DNA of 64,000 nucleotides, from positions 5,648-69,647 of the forward strand of contig DAONZY010000005.1 in NCBI GenBank assembly GCA_035407085.1, in the 5' to 3' direction. This DNA comes from Deltaproteobacteria bacterium. GTDB lineage: Bacteria > Desulfobacterota > Desulfuromonadia > Geobacterales > Pseudopelobacteraceae. Positions 43,430 to 53,158 of this stretch are shown here, in pieces. The translations under genes were made by a program, and so were the position numbers. The notes under the pieces were generated by a model. That model was not told where the DNA came from. It made no database searches and saw nothing but the letters and a program-made list of their open reading frames with translations. Every line of letters starts with the position of its first letter. The stretch's first letter is position 1.

Positions 43430-44200
43430 GTGAAAATATGTTCGCTGGCCAGCGGCAGCAAGGGAAACTGTCTCTATCTGGAGACAGGTGATGCCCGTCT
43501 GCTGATTGATGCAGGCATGTCGCTGCGTGAAACACTTTTGCGCATGGAGGGGTGCGGCATAGACCCGTCTGGCGTGCATGCTGTTTTGTTGAGCCACGAG
43601 CATGTCGATCACATCCGCAGCGCCGGCTCATTTGCCAGAAAATTCAAAATACCGGTGATTGCAAGTCATCTGGTTTGCGGCAGGGCGGAGAAATATCTGG
43701 GCAAGACCAGGGTGATCGAGTTTGAATCAGGAACAGCATTTTTGTTCAGGGGAGTCAGTGTTGATCCGTTTCCAATCACCCATGACGCCTGCGATCCGGT
43801 TGGCTTTGTGGTAGACTCTCCCGAGGGGCGCTCTGGTTCAGCGACAGATCTGGGCGTTGCGACCCGTTTGGTGGCGGACAAGCTTAAAGGGTGCCGTTTT
43901 CTGCACCTGGAGTCCAATCATGATATGGACATGCTGATGAATGGCCCCTATCCTTGGGAGTTGAAGCAGCGTATCAAGTCGCGTCATGGTCACCTCTCCA
44001 ATGAAGACTGTCTGACTCTGCTGCATGAACTGGCCCATGGCGGGCTGGAACTGCTGGTGATGGCCCACCTTTCCGAGGTGAACAACCATCCTGACCGGGT
44101 GGCTGCCAGTGCCGCATCGTTCCTGAAAGATCAGAACGTCTGTGCACCGCAGGTCGTGATTGGCGACCAGTTCCGGGCCAGCCGGCTGATGGAGATTTGA
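43430..44200 (+). CDS. MBL-fold metallo-hydrolase (YycJ-like)
   Basis: Trimmed to the GTG at 43430, 5 nt after GGGAG, giving (M)KICSLASGSKGNC, the usual N-terminus of this family. HxHxDH motif SHEHVDH. Confidence 0.85.
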   Translation: MKICSLASGSKGNCLYLETGDARLLIDAGMSLRETLLRMEGCGIDPSGVHAVLLSHEHVDHIRSAGSFARKFKIPVIASHLVCGRAEKYLGKTRVIEFESGTAFLFRGVSVDPFPITHDACDPVGFVVDSPEGRSGSATDLGVATRLVADKLKGCRFLHLESNHDMDMLMNGPYPWELKQRIKSRHGHLSNEDCLTLLHELAHGGLELLVMAHLSEVNNHPDRVAASAASFLKDQNVCAPQVVIGDQFRASRLMEI

Positions 44201-44378
44201 ACCTGTGAAAAGCATTTATCCACAGACTGCACAGAGCTTTCGAGAACGATCAAGGTGTTGAAAAATATTCGTTTTCAGCAGACAGCTGTATTTTAAAAAT
44301 GAAATTCAGTAATGATTGTTTGTGGTTAGTGGCTGCTTCTAAGGATGAATAAAACAAACCGTTACAGGAGAAGATAAG

Positions 44379-45674
44379 ATGATCCCTCGTTATACCCGTC
44401 CGGCAATGGCTAAAATATGGGAGCCGGAAAACCGTTTTCGCATCTGGCTGGAGATCGAGACCCTGGCGTGTGAGGCCCAGGCCGAACTGGGGGTGATTCC
44501 CAAGGAAGCGGTGCCGGTCATCCGCGAAAAGGGTAATTTCAATATTGAACGTATCGATGCCATTGAGGCAGAGGTCAAGCACGATGTGATCGCCTTCCTG
44601 ACCTCAGTGGCGGAATTCGTTGGGCCCGATGCCCGTTTTATCCATCAGGGGATGACGTCCTCCGATGTACTGGATACCTGCCTATCCGTGCAGCTTGTTC
44701 AGGCGGCTGACGAACTGCTGGCAGACATCGACCTGGTGCTTGAATCGCTTAGAAAACGGGCCCTTGAGCATAAGCATACCGTCTGCATGGGCCGCTCCCA
44801 CGGCATTCATGCCGAGCCGGTAACATTCGGTCTCAAATTGGCCTCGTTTCACGCCGAGATGCAGCGCAACCGCACACGCCTGCTGGCTGCCCGCGAAAAC
44901 ATCGCCACCGGGGCTATCTCCGGCGCGGTTGGTACCTTTGCCAATATCGACCCCTATGTGGAGGAATACGTCTGTGCCAAGATGGGGCTGAAGCCGGAGC
45001 CGGTCTCGACCCAGGTGATACCGCGCGATCGTCATGCCGAATTTTTCTGCACCCTCTCGATCATCGCTTCAACCATGGAGCGGATTGCCATCGAGATCCG
45101 CCACCTGCAGCGCACCGAGGTACTGGAGGCGGAGGAACAGTTCACCAAGGGGCAAAAGGGTTCTTCGGCCATGCCCCACAAGCGTAATCCGATTCTCTCC
45201 GAAAACCTGACCGGACAGGCCCGCTATATCCGTTCCATGTGCATTCCTGCCCTGGAAAACGTGGCCCTGTGGCACGAAAGGGATATCTCCCACTCTTCCG
45301 TCGAGCGCTACATCGCACCGGACGCCACTGTGGCGCTGGATTTTTCGCTGCGCCGCATGAACGGCCTGATCAACAACCTGGTCGTCTACCCTGAGAACAT
45401 GCTGAAAAACCTGAACCAGATGAAGGGGCTGGTATTCTCCCAGAAGATCCTGCTCGACCTGACCCAGGCCGGCGTCTCTCGCGAGGATGCCTACCGCCTG
45501 GTTCAGAAAAACGCCATGAAGGTTTGGGAAGAGGGCAAGGATTTCCAGACTGAACTGCTGGCCGATCCGGAAGTGGTCGGGGCGCTGGGCGAGGCCAGGG
45601 TGCGGGAGTCCTTTGATCTGAACTACCACCTTAAGCATGTGGATACCATCTTCAAGCGGGTATTCGGTGAGTGA
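44379..45674 (+). CDS. purB: Adenylosuccinate lyase
   Basis: 431 aa with the fumarate-lyase signature GSSAMPHKRNP and the N-terminal IPRYTRPAMAKIW. Confidence 0.95.
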   Translation: MIPRYTRPAMAKIWEPENRFRIWLEIETLACEAQAELGVIPKEAVPVIREKGNFNIERIDAIEAEVKHDVIAFLTSVAEFVGPDARFIHQGMTSSDVLDTCLSVQLVQAADELLADIDLVLESLRKRALEHKHTVCMGRSHGIHAEPVTFGLKLASFHAEMQRNRTRLLAARENIATGAISGAVGTFANIDPYVEEYVCAKMGLKPEPVSTQVIPRDRHAEFFCTLSIIASTMERIAIEIRHLQRTEVLEAEEQFTKGQKGSSAMPHKRNPILSENLTGQARYIRSMCIPALENVALWHERDISHSSVERYIAPDATVALDFSLRRMNGLINNLVVYPENMLKNLNQMKGLVFSQKILLDLTQAGVSREDAYRLVQKNAMKVWEEGKDFQTELLADPEVVGALGEARVRESFDLNYHLKHVDTIFKRVFGE

Positions 45675-46761
45675 ACTGCTTTCCATACTGCAGAATTTTG
45701 TCGGGCCGCAGGCCTCTGACGGTTTTTTGCGTCTCTGGGCCAAGGAGCTGCTGGATGCGCTGCTGATATTTGGTTTCTTCTGGCTGCTTTCCGAACTTGC
45801 AGGTTGGGTGCTGAATCGTTGGGGCCGTCGGCTGGCTGCTTTTACGGTCACCGAGATTGATGACCGTATTCTGACCCGGACGATCCCCAATCTGACCAGG
45901 ATGCTGGTCGTGCTGGGCGCGTATCTGGCGATCCGGTCTATGCCATTACATGAGAAACTGGCGGCCTTTGTCTCCGGCGCGTTGTTTGTGACGCTGGTGA
46001 TCATGCTGTTCAGCCTGTTCTACAATGCGGTCGATGAGCTGATGAAGTGGCACCTGTACGAGCGACAGGCATCCGGTAAATCGGTTCTGTCACGCCAGAT
46101 GGTGCAAATGGTGGAAAAGGTGGTCATGCTGTTTCTGATCGGCATGGCCCTGATTGTTATTCTCAAACACTTTAATTACGATATCTTCTCTCTGGTGACA
46201 GCCCTGGGGATCGGCTCACTGGCCATCGGCATGGCGGCCAAGGATACCCTGGCCCACATGATTTCCGGCTTCACCCTGATGGTTGATCGTCCCTTTGAGA
46301 TCGGCGACCGCATCAAACTCAACAACGGTCAGATTGGCGATGTGATCGATATCGGTCTCAGATCCACCAAAATCAAGGGGCTGGATACCACGGTAATGAT
46401 CATCCCCAATTCGGATCTCTGTAATTCCACGGTGATCAATATGGTCCGTCCCACAGCCGTGATCCAGGGGCGTATTACGGTCGGCGTCAGCTATGACAGC
46501 GACGTGGAACGCGTCAAGGAGCTGCTGCTGGATGTTGCCGGCAATAACCCGGAGGTGGTGGAAGATCCTCTGCCGCTGGTGTTGTTTACTTCGTTTGGCG
46601 ACAGCGCACTGAATATGCTGCTGCTGTTCTGGGTCAGCGATCCTGGTCGATTGGGCATTGTCACCGACAGTCTGAACTGCGCCATTATTCGCCGATTCCG
46701 TGAAAATGGTATTGAAATACCGTTCCCGATCAGAACTGTAAGAATGGAAAGGGAGTGCTGA
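45667..46761 (+). CDS. Mechanosensitive ion channel family protein (MscS-like)
   Basis: GTG at 45667 overlaps the purB stop (GTGAGTGA). N-terminal TM helices are followed by an MscS beta-domain block (MVDRPFEIGDRIKL..G.V.DIGLRSTKI). Confidence 0.85.
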   Translation: MSELLSILQNFVGPQASDGFLRLWAKELLDALLIFGFFWLLSELAGWVLNRWGRRLAAFTVTEIDDRILTRTIPNLTRMLVVLGAYLAIRSMPLHEKLAAFVSGALFVTLVIMLFSLFYNAVDELMKWHLYERQASGKSVLSRQMVQMVEKVVMLFLIGMALIVILKHFNYDIFSLVTALGIGSLAIGMAAKDTLAHMISGFTLMVDRPFEIGDRIKLNNGQIGDVIDIGLRSTKIKGLDTTVMIIPNSDLCNSTVINMVRPTAVIQGRITVGVSYDSDVERVKELLLDVAGNNPEVVEDPLPLVLFTSFGDSALNMLLLFWVSDPGRLGIVTDSLNCAIIRRFRENGIEIPFPIRTVRMEREC

Positions 46762-46789
46762 CATCTTTCTGTACAAGGAGGGTAAAGTC

Positions 46790-47185
46790 ATGAGAAGCAT
46801 TCTGGCAGTAATCATCACGACTGCGGTTTTCTTGCCGTGCGTTGCATGCGGGGCCGAAGAGTCTGGAGTGCAGCCGGCCACCATGGAAAAGTACCAGCGT
46901 GTCAAGCTACAGGTCGAAAAGTTGCCGTCCGGCAAGGCCCAGAAGTATGCGTCCGAGGTGATCGGGCAGACCCGCAAGAGTATTGCAGCGGCCCAGGACG
47001 GGCTTAAGACAGGTAATGACAAGCTGACCAGAGAATATACTGAAATGGCGGCATTGCAGGTGACGCTGGCCGGTGTTCTGGCCGAGGAGAGGGAAGCGGC
47101 AGAAAAGGCCGATGCCGCCCGCAAAAGGCTGGATGAACTCAATGCCCGGCTGAGCCGGATTTTGACCGGAAAGGGGGACAAGTAG
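46790..47185 (+). CDS. Small helical lipoprotein (DUF4398-like)
   Basis: AAGGAGG SD. Signal peptide with the Cys-containing lipobox-like CVAC. Ala/Glu/Lys-rich helical remainder. The stop abuts the start of the next gene. Confidence 0.6.
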   Translation: MRSILAVIITTAVFLPCVACGAEESGVQPATMEKYQRVKLQVEKLPSGKAQKYASEVIGQTRKSIAAAQDGLKTGNDKLTREYTEMAALQVTLAGVLAEEREAAEKADAARKRLDELNARLSRILTGKGDK

Positions 47186-48205
47186 ATGAGAACCTGTGCT
47201 ATCTATCTGCTGATGCCGCTGATGTTATTGCTGTCGTCCCCGGTCATGTCGTCTGCCGATGAACCGGCATACCCGGACTACATGGTAAAGGCTCAGTCGC
47301 TGGTGGAAAGGGCCTCTTCCCAGGCCTCGGAACTGGGCAGCTTTACCGACGAGGTGCTGATCGCACGCAATTTTATCCGCAATGCGGAGGCTGAATACAA
47401 GAAAAACCTGGGCTGGACGGGTAAATTTGATGCCAAGGCCGAGCCGACCGTGCGCTATTTTGCCAACATGGCCCAGACCCAGGCGGCGATTGTGCTGTCA
47501 CGTGCCGGCAAGATCAGCCAGGAAAAGGCGCTGGCTGCTTATGAGGCCAATGCGGCCAACGTCAAGGCCAGCATCAAGGTCTTTGACGACAAGAATGCCG
47601 AGATTGCCACTCTGAAGGCTGCGCTGGAGGAGGGTGGCAAGCGTCAGGCGGCTTCGGTTGAAATGATTGCCGAACTAACCAAGTCTCTGGAATTATCCCG
47701 GGCCGACAATGCCAGGTTGAAACAGGAAGTAACCGCGCTGACCGCAGCCAAGGGGGCCGAGGCCAGCCAGAGCCAGGAGCAGATCCGTGCCCTCAACCGG
47801 CAGAAGGATTTCATTGCCGAAGTGGGCAAGCTGGGCGGCATGATCAAGGCCGGCAGCGACAACATGACCGTGATCTACCCCCGTGCCTCGATCTTCAAGG
47901 CGCCGCGCAATGATCGGCTGGCGCCGGAAGGTGTCAGGATGGTGGGGCGCGTGATCGACCTGCAGAAGAAGTATCCGGAATACCGCATCAAGGTCAGGGT
48001 ACACGGCTTTGGCTCGCCGACGCGCAGCGAGGATGCCGCGGCAACTGACCGCATGGCCCGTTTGATCAGAAACAGCATGCTGGATAAGGGCCGGCTTGCA
48101 GCTGCTGATGTTGATGTGCTCGGGGTTGGCGTGGCGGAACCGATCTACCCCAAGTCCAACAAAGAGGGCAATCGCAGGGTCGAAGTCACATTTGTAAAAA
48201 AGTAG
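47186..48205 (+). CDS. Secreted coiled-coil protein with a C-terminal OmpA-like domain
   Basis: Signal peptide, a long Ala-rich helical region, and a C-terminal approximately 110 aa resembling OmpA/MotB peptidoglycan-binding domains (ending NRRVEVTFVKK). Confidence 0.65.
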   Translation: MRTCAIYLLMPLMLLLSSPVMSSADEPAYPDYMVKAQSLVERASSQASELGSFTDEVLIARNFIRNAEAEYKKNLGWTGKFDAKAEPTVRYFANMAQTQAAIVLSRAGKISQEKALAAYEANAANVKASIKVFDDKNAEIATLKAALEEGGKRQAASVEMIAELTKSLELSRADNARLKQEVTALTAAKGAEASQSQEQIRALNRQKDFIAEVGKLGGMIKAGSDNMTVIYPRASIFKAPRNDRLAPEGVRMVGRVIDLQKKYPEYRIKVRVHGFGSPTRSEDAAATDRMARLIRNSMLDKGRLAAADVDVLGVGVAEPIYPKSNKEGNRRVEVTFVKK

Positions 48206-48296
48206 CCAGATCCCGGATGGAAATTGGGCAGCATGACCGTGGGCTGCCTTGCCGGATGATATAGACAGAAAAAACGCACATAAAAGGATTTGATGC

Positions 48297-51281
48297 ATGC
48301 CCAACAGAATTGAGACAGCCCTGAAGCAAGGTTTGCGTGATGCCCGCGGCGAGCGGATCAGGCGCGAGATTGAGCATTTTCTGCACCTGGCGGTGGATCA
48401 GGTCAGAACCATTGATGTGTACACGGTGGATAGCGGGCTTTCGCAGGAAGAACTACGGTCTGCCGCCGCCGGCCCTTTCAGCGACCCGGTTATACAGCTT
48501 TGGAGCATTGACCGTCCTCTGGCCGCGGATTTTGATTATGCCGTCGAGGTGGGTTTCCGGCCGGGTGTGACTGACAATATCGGTCGCACTGCCCGCGAAG
48601 CGATCGAGTATCTGACTGGTCGCCGGTTCGGTTCCGGCGAGGGGGTCTATACCTCGGTGCAATATCTGATCAGCGGCAAGCTTACCCAGGCGGATGTGGA
48701 AAGGATTGCTACCGGGCTGCTTTGCAATACATTGATTCAGCGTTACACAGTTTTGTCATCGGCTGATTTTATGGCCCGGCGCGGGTTTCCGGCTGTTGTG
48801 CCTAAAGTGCAGTCAGAGGCGAAGGCAGAGATTAGAGAGATTGATCTCAATGTTTCAGATGAAGAGCTGATGTCAATCAGCAAGGCGGGGGTGCTGGCCC
48901 TGACCCTTGACGAGATGCGGATCATACAGGCCCATTATCACGACCCTGCCGTGCTGGAAGAACGCCGCCGGATGGGCCTGGGTAGCAAGCCGACTGACGT
49001 GGAACTGGAATGCCTGGCCCAGACCTGGTCGGAGCACTGCAAGCACAAGATCTTCGCCGGTACGGTGCAGTACGAGGATGAGTACGGCAACCAGCAGGAG
49101 ATCAAATCCCTTTTCAAATCGTTCATCCAGCGCACCACCAGGGATGTGCGCGAAAAACTGGGCGACCGGGATTTCTGCCTCTCTGTTTTCAAGGACAATG
49201 CCGGTGTGATCAAGTTCAACGAAGATCACTCCCTGGTGTTCAAGGTGGAGACCCATAACTCCCCTTCGGCGCTGGATCCTTACGGCGGTGCCTTGACCGG
49301 CATCGTCGGTGTCAACCGTGATCCGTTCGGCACCGGCAAGGGTGCCAAGCTGATCTTCAATACCGATGTGTTCTGTTTTGCCGATCCGTTCTACGAAAAA
49401 CCGTTGCCGTCCCGTCTGCTGCATCCCCGCCGCATCTATGAAGGTGTTGTGGAAGGTGTCGAGCATGGCGGCAACAAGAGCGGGATTCCTACGGTCAATG
49501 GCTCGCTGGTCTTTGACGAACGTTATGCCGGCAAGCCGCTGGTCTTTTGCGGTACGGCCGGTCTGATGCCGGCCAGACTGCAGGGTGAGCCGACCCATGA
49601 AAAGACCATCAAGCCGGGCGACCTGATTGTCATGACCGGCGGCCGGATCGGCAAGGACGGCATCCACGGTGCTACCTTCTCCTCTGAGGAACTGAATGAA
49701 AACTCACCGGTGACGGCTGTCCAGATTGGCGACCCGATCACTCAGAAGCGCATGTTTGACTTCCTGATCCGCGCCCGTGACAAGGGGCTTTACCGCTTTA
49801 TCACCGACAACGGCGCCGGCGGGCTTTCCTCATCCATCGGCGAGATGTCCGGCGAATGTGGCGGCTGCAAGATGGACCTCTCCAAAGCGCCGCTCAAATA
49901 TCCCGGCCTCAATCCCTGGGAGATTCTGATTTCCGAGGCCCAGGAGCGCATGTCCCTGGCCGTACCGCCTGAGAGCATCGACGAATTTCTGGATATGGCC
50001 AAACGCTTTGGCGTTGAGGCCACCGTGCTGGGAGAATTCAACGACTCCGGCACATTCCACATCCTTTACGGTGACCGGACTGTGGCTTGGCTGCCGATTG
50101 AGTTCATGCATGAAGGCTTGCCGCCCATGCAGCTGCCGGCCAAGTGGGTTCCGCCAATCCATGCCGAGCCTGCAGTTGAAGTCAAGGATAACTATAATCA
50201 GGAATTGAAGGATCTGTTGGGTGCTTTGAATGTCTGCTCCAAAGAGTCGGTCGTGCGCCGCTATGACCACGAGGTGCAGGGTGGCTCGGTGGTCAAGCCG
50301 TTTACCGGCGTTGCCAATGACGGCCCTTCCGATGCTGCTGTGGTGCGCCCGATCCTGGAATCCTTCGAGGGGGTCGTGACCGCCCACGGCATCTGTCCGC
50401 GCTATTCGGATATCGACACCTATCACATGACTGCCAATGCCGTTGACGAAGCCATGCGCAACTATGTGGCAGTCGGCGGTTCGCTGGATCTGGTGGCCGG
50501 TCTGGACAACTATTGCTGGTGCGACCCGGTCCTGTCAGAGAAAACGCCGGATGGCGCTTACAAGATGGCCCAGCTGGTGCGCTCCAATCAGGCACTCTAC
50601 GACATCTGCATGGAGTACAACCTGCCGCTGGTCTCCGGCAAGGACTCCATGAAAAATGATTTTTACGACGGTTCCACCAAGATATCCATTCCACCGACGC
50701 TGCTCTTTTCTGTAATCGGCAAGATTGAGGATGCCAGGAAGAGCGTCACCATGGATGTGAAGCGTCCCGGCGACATCGTCTACCTGCTGGGCAGGACCGC
50801 CGACGAGCTGGGCGCTTCGGAGTACTTCACCCTGGCCGGTGTCACCGGCAACAAGGTGCCGCAGGTTGATGCGCAAGATGCCTACAAACGCTACCAGGCC
50901 TACCACCAGGCTGTTATGGCCGGTGCGGTCGCTTCCTGCCATGATCTGTCCGATGGCGGGCTGGCGGTGGCGGCGGCCGAGTCGGCCTTTGCCGGCGGCT
51001 TCGGCATGCTGATTGACCTCTCACGCGTACTCTGGAAAGGGGAGGGCAAAAACGACACGGCCTTGCTCTTCTCCGAGTCGGCTTCCCGTCATCTGGTGAC
51101 AGTGCATTCTGAAAAACGCGAGCAGTTCGAAAGCATCATGGCTGGCAACTGTTTTGCTCCCATCGGTGTAGTGACCGAAGATGCAACCTTGAGTATCACC
51201 GGACTTTCAGGCAATACGATCGTCAAGGCCGGGCTGACAGAGCTGAAGGAAGCCTGGCAGCGGACGTTGCGGGAACTGTAG
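48297..51281 (+). CDS. purL: Phosphoribosylformylglycinamidine synthase, synthetase subunit with an N-terminal PurS-like duplication (no glutaminase domain)
   Basis: 994 aa. Two PurS-like segments in the first approximately 170 aa are followed by PurM-fold repeats (HNSPSALDPYGGALTG, DNGAGGLSSSIGEM). Confidence 0.9.
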   Translation: MPNRIETALKQGLRDARGERIRREIEHFLHLAVDQVRTIDVYTVDSGLSQEELRSAAAGPFSDPVIQLWSIDRPLAADFDYAVEVGFRPGVTDNIGRTAREAIEYLTGRRFGSGEGVYTSVQYLISGKLTQADVERIATGLLCNTLIQRYTVLSSADFMARRGFPAVVPKVQSEAKAEIREIDLNVSDEELMSISKAGVLALTLDEMRIIQAHYHDPAVLEERRRMGLGSKPTDVELECLAQTWSEHCKHKIFAGTVQYEDEYGNQQEIKSLFKSFIQRTTRDVREKLGDRDFCLSVFKDNAGVIKFNEDHSLVFKVETHNSPSALDPYGGALTGIVGVNRDPFGTGKGAKLIFNTDVFCFADPFYEKPLPSRLLHPRRIYEGVVEGVEHGGNKSGIPTVNGSLVFDERYAGKPLVFCGTAGLMPARLQGEPTHEKTIKPGDLIVMTGGRIGKDGIHGATFSSEELNENSPVTAVQIGDPITQKRMFDFLIRARDKGLYRFITDNGAGGLSSSIGEMSGECGGCKMDLSKAPLKYPGLNPWEILISEAQERMSLAVPPESIDEFLDMAKRFGVEATVLGEFNDSGTFHILYGDRTVAWLPIEFMHEGLPPMQLPAKWVPPIHAEPAVEVKDNYNQELKDLLGALNVCSKESVVRRYDHEVQGGSVVKPFTGVANDGPSDAAVVRPILESFEGVVTAHGICPRYSDIDTYHMTANAVDEAMRNYVAVGGSLDLVAGLDNYCWCDPVLSEKTPDGAYKMAQLVRSNQALYDICMEYNLPLVSGKDSMKNDFYDGSTKISIPPTLLFSVIGKIEDARKSVTMDVKRPGDIVYLLGRTADELGASEYFTLAGVTGNKVPQVDAQDAYKRYQAYHQAVMAGAVASCHDLSDGGLAVAAAESAFAGGFGMLIDLSRVLWKGEGKNDTALLFSESASRHLVTVHSEKREQFESIMAGNCFAPIGVVTEDATLSITGLSGNTIVKAGLTELKEAWQRTLREL

Positions 51282-51290
51282 CAATATTTC

Positions 51291-53096
51291 GTGACCGCTT
51301 CCATCCAACATACCCTGAAAACCGTCTTCGGTTTCCACGAATTCCGCTCACCACAACAGGATGTCATCGAGCGGGTGGTGGCAGGGGAGGATGTGTTTCT
51401 GGTCATGCCGACCGGCGGAGGCAAGTCGCTCTGCTACCAGATTCCTGCGCTGCATCGTGAAGGTGTGGCGATTGTTGTTTCGCCCCTGATCTCGCTGATG
51501 AAGGACCAGGTTGATGCGCTGGCCGCCAACGGCGTAGCCGCGGCCTGTTTCAATTCGTCCCTGTCGACCGCCGAGGCCCGGCAGGTTTCTCGCCAGATGG
51601 AAAACAACGAACTGGACCTGCTTTATGTGGCTCCGGAGCGTTTGATGCAGCCGGAGTTCCTGGAACGGCTGGCGGTAATGAAGCCGTCCCTGTTCGCCAT
51701 TGACGAGGCCCATTGCATCTCCCAGTGGGGGCATGATTTTCGGCCGGAATACACCCAGCTCGGCAGGGTGCGGCAACAGTTTCCCGCTGTGCCCATAGTG
51801 GCCATGACCGCCACGGCCGATCCGGAGACCCGCAAGGATATCATCCGGCAACTGGGGATCGAGACAGCCAGGGTCTTTGTGGCCGGTTTCGACCGCCCGA
51901 ACATCACCTACTCGGTGATACCCAAGCAGAAGCCCTTTAGCCAGCTGGAAAAGTTTCTGGACGGCCGCCGGGATGAGGCTGGCATTATCTATGCCTTGAG
52001 CCGCAAGCGGGTGGAAGAGGTGGCCGATAAACTCCAGGCGGCCGGATTTGCCGCCGCTGCCTATCACGCCGGGTTGCCGGACGAACAGCGCAAACGCGTG
52101 CAGGATGCCTTCCGGCGCGATGATCTGCGCATCGTCGTCGCCACCGTGGCGTTCGGCATGGGCATTGACAAGCCCAATGTGCGTTATGTGGTGCATTTCG
52201 ACATGCCCAAGAGCGTGGAGAGTTATTATCAGGAGACCGGCCGCGCCGGGCGCGACGGTTTGCCATCCGAGGCGCTGATGCTGTTCGGGATGGGCGATGT
52301 GATGACCGCCCGCTCTCTGATAGAAAACAGCGGCAATGCCGAACGGGTCAGGATCGAACTGCAGAAACTGAACGCCATGGTTGCCTACGCCGAGGCGCTG
52401 ACCTGCCGAAGACGGGCGTTGCTGGCCTATTTCGGCGACCTGCGTGAGCATGGCTGCGATAATTGCGACATCTGCAACGACCCTCCGGTGCGCTTCGATG
52501 CATCCGAACAGGCCAGAAAGGCGCTTTCATGCGTTTACAGGGTCGGAGAACGGTTCGGAGCCAGACATGTCATTGACGTGTTGCGCGGCGCCAGGGGACA
52601 GCGGATTCTGGACCTGCGCCACAACGAGCTTTCCACCTACGGCATCGGTGCTGACCTCTCGGCAGCCGAGTGGGAAAACATCATCAGGCAATTGATACAC
52701 CTGGGATACCTGGTGCAGGATTTCACCCGCTTCGGAGCGCTGGGGGTGTCATCGTCGGCCCGTCCTGTTCTTAAAGGCGAGACACAGGTGGTGCTTGGCA
52801 GGCCGCGTGATGTTGTCAAGCCGGAAAAGAAATCACGTCGTCGTGGCGGGTCTGAAGATGGGCCTCACAGTCTACTGTTCGAAGAGCTGCGCATTGTTCG
52901 CAAGCAGATTGCCGATGCGGCCGGGGTGCCTCCCTTTGTCGTATTTTCCGATGCAACGCTTGTGGAGATGGCCAAGCACAAGCCGGTTAATGATGTCGAG
53001 CTGCTTGCAATAACCGGTGTCGGCGAGCATAAGCTGAATAAGTATGGCAAGCAGTTTCTGTCTGCCATCGGTAACTTCTTGTCTGCAAATGAGTAA
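51291..53096 (+). CDS. recQ: ATP-dependent DNA helicase RecQ
   Basis: 601 aa, GTG start. Walker A MPTGGGKS, DEAH box AIDEAHCISQWGHDFRPEY, Zn-binding CRRR..C..C.NCDIC, and a C-terminal HRDC-like region. Confidence 0.95.
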   Translation: MTASIQHTLKTVFGFHEFRSPQQDVIERVVAGEDVFLVMPTGGGKSLCYQIPALHREGVAIVVSPLISLMKDQVDALAANGVAAACFNSSLSTAEARQVSRQMENNELDLLYVAPERLMQPEFLERLAVMKPSLFAIDEAHCISQWGHDFRPEYTQLGRVRQQFPAVPIVAMTATADPETRKDIIRQLGIETARVFVAGFDRPNITYSVIPKQKPFSQLEKFLDGRRDEAGIIYALSRKRVEEVADKLQAAGFAAAAYHAGLPDEQRKRVQDAFRRDDLRIVVATVAFGMGIDKPNVRYVVHFDMPKSVESYYQETGRAGRDGLPSEALMLFGMGDVMTARSLIENSGNAERVRIELQKLNAMVAYAEALTCRRRALLAYFGDLREHGCDNCDICNDPPVRFDASEQARKALSCVYRVGERFGARHVIDVLRGARGQRILDLRHNELSTYGIGADLSAAEWENIIRQLIHLGYLVQDFTRFGALGVSSSARPVLKGETQVVLGRPRDVVKPEKKSRRRGGSEDGPHSLLFEELRIVRKQIADAAGVPPFVVFSDATLVEMAKHKPVNDVELLAITGVGEHKLNKYGKQFLSAIGNFLSANE

Positions 53097-53158
53097 ATTA
53101 TTCTAAGGGACAGTTTTGTTTAGATTTAGTAAGATCTGGTTTCGACTCTCAAGGAGAA

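Noticed and set aside
44259-44277. TGAAAA-N7-TTTTCA inverted repeat upstream of purB as a possible PurR-type operator
   Set aside because: It has only 6-bp AT-rich arms and no second copy upstream of purL, purQ or purF in this window. A LacI-type PurR is not expected in this lineage. The evidence is insufficient.
51348-52451. 367-aa ORF antisense to recQ, plus similar long antisense ORFs at 58942-59991, 46216-47181, 45069-46004, 34205-35101 and 37632-38381
   Set aside because: All are embedded opposite well-supported GC-rich genes. They are rich in Arg/Gly/Pro/His as expected for reverse-complement reading, and they have no SD or domain signatures.
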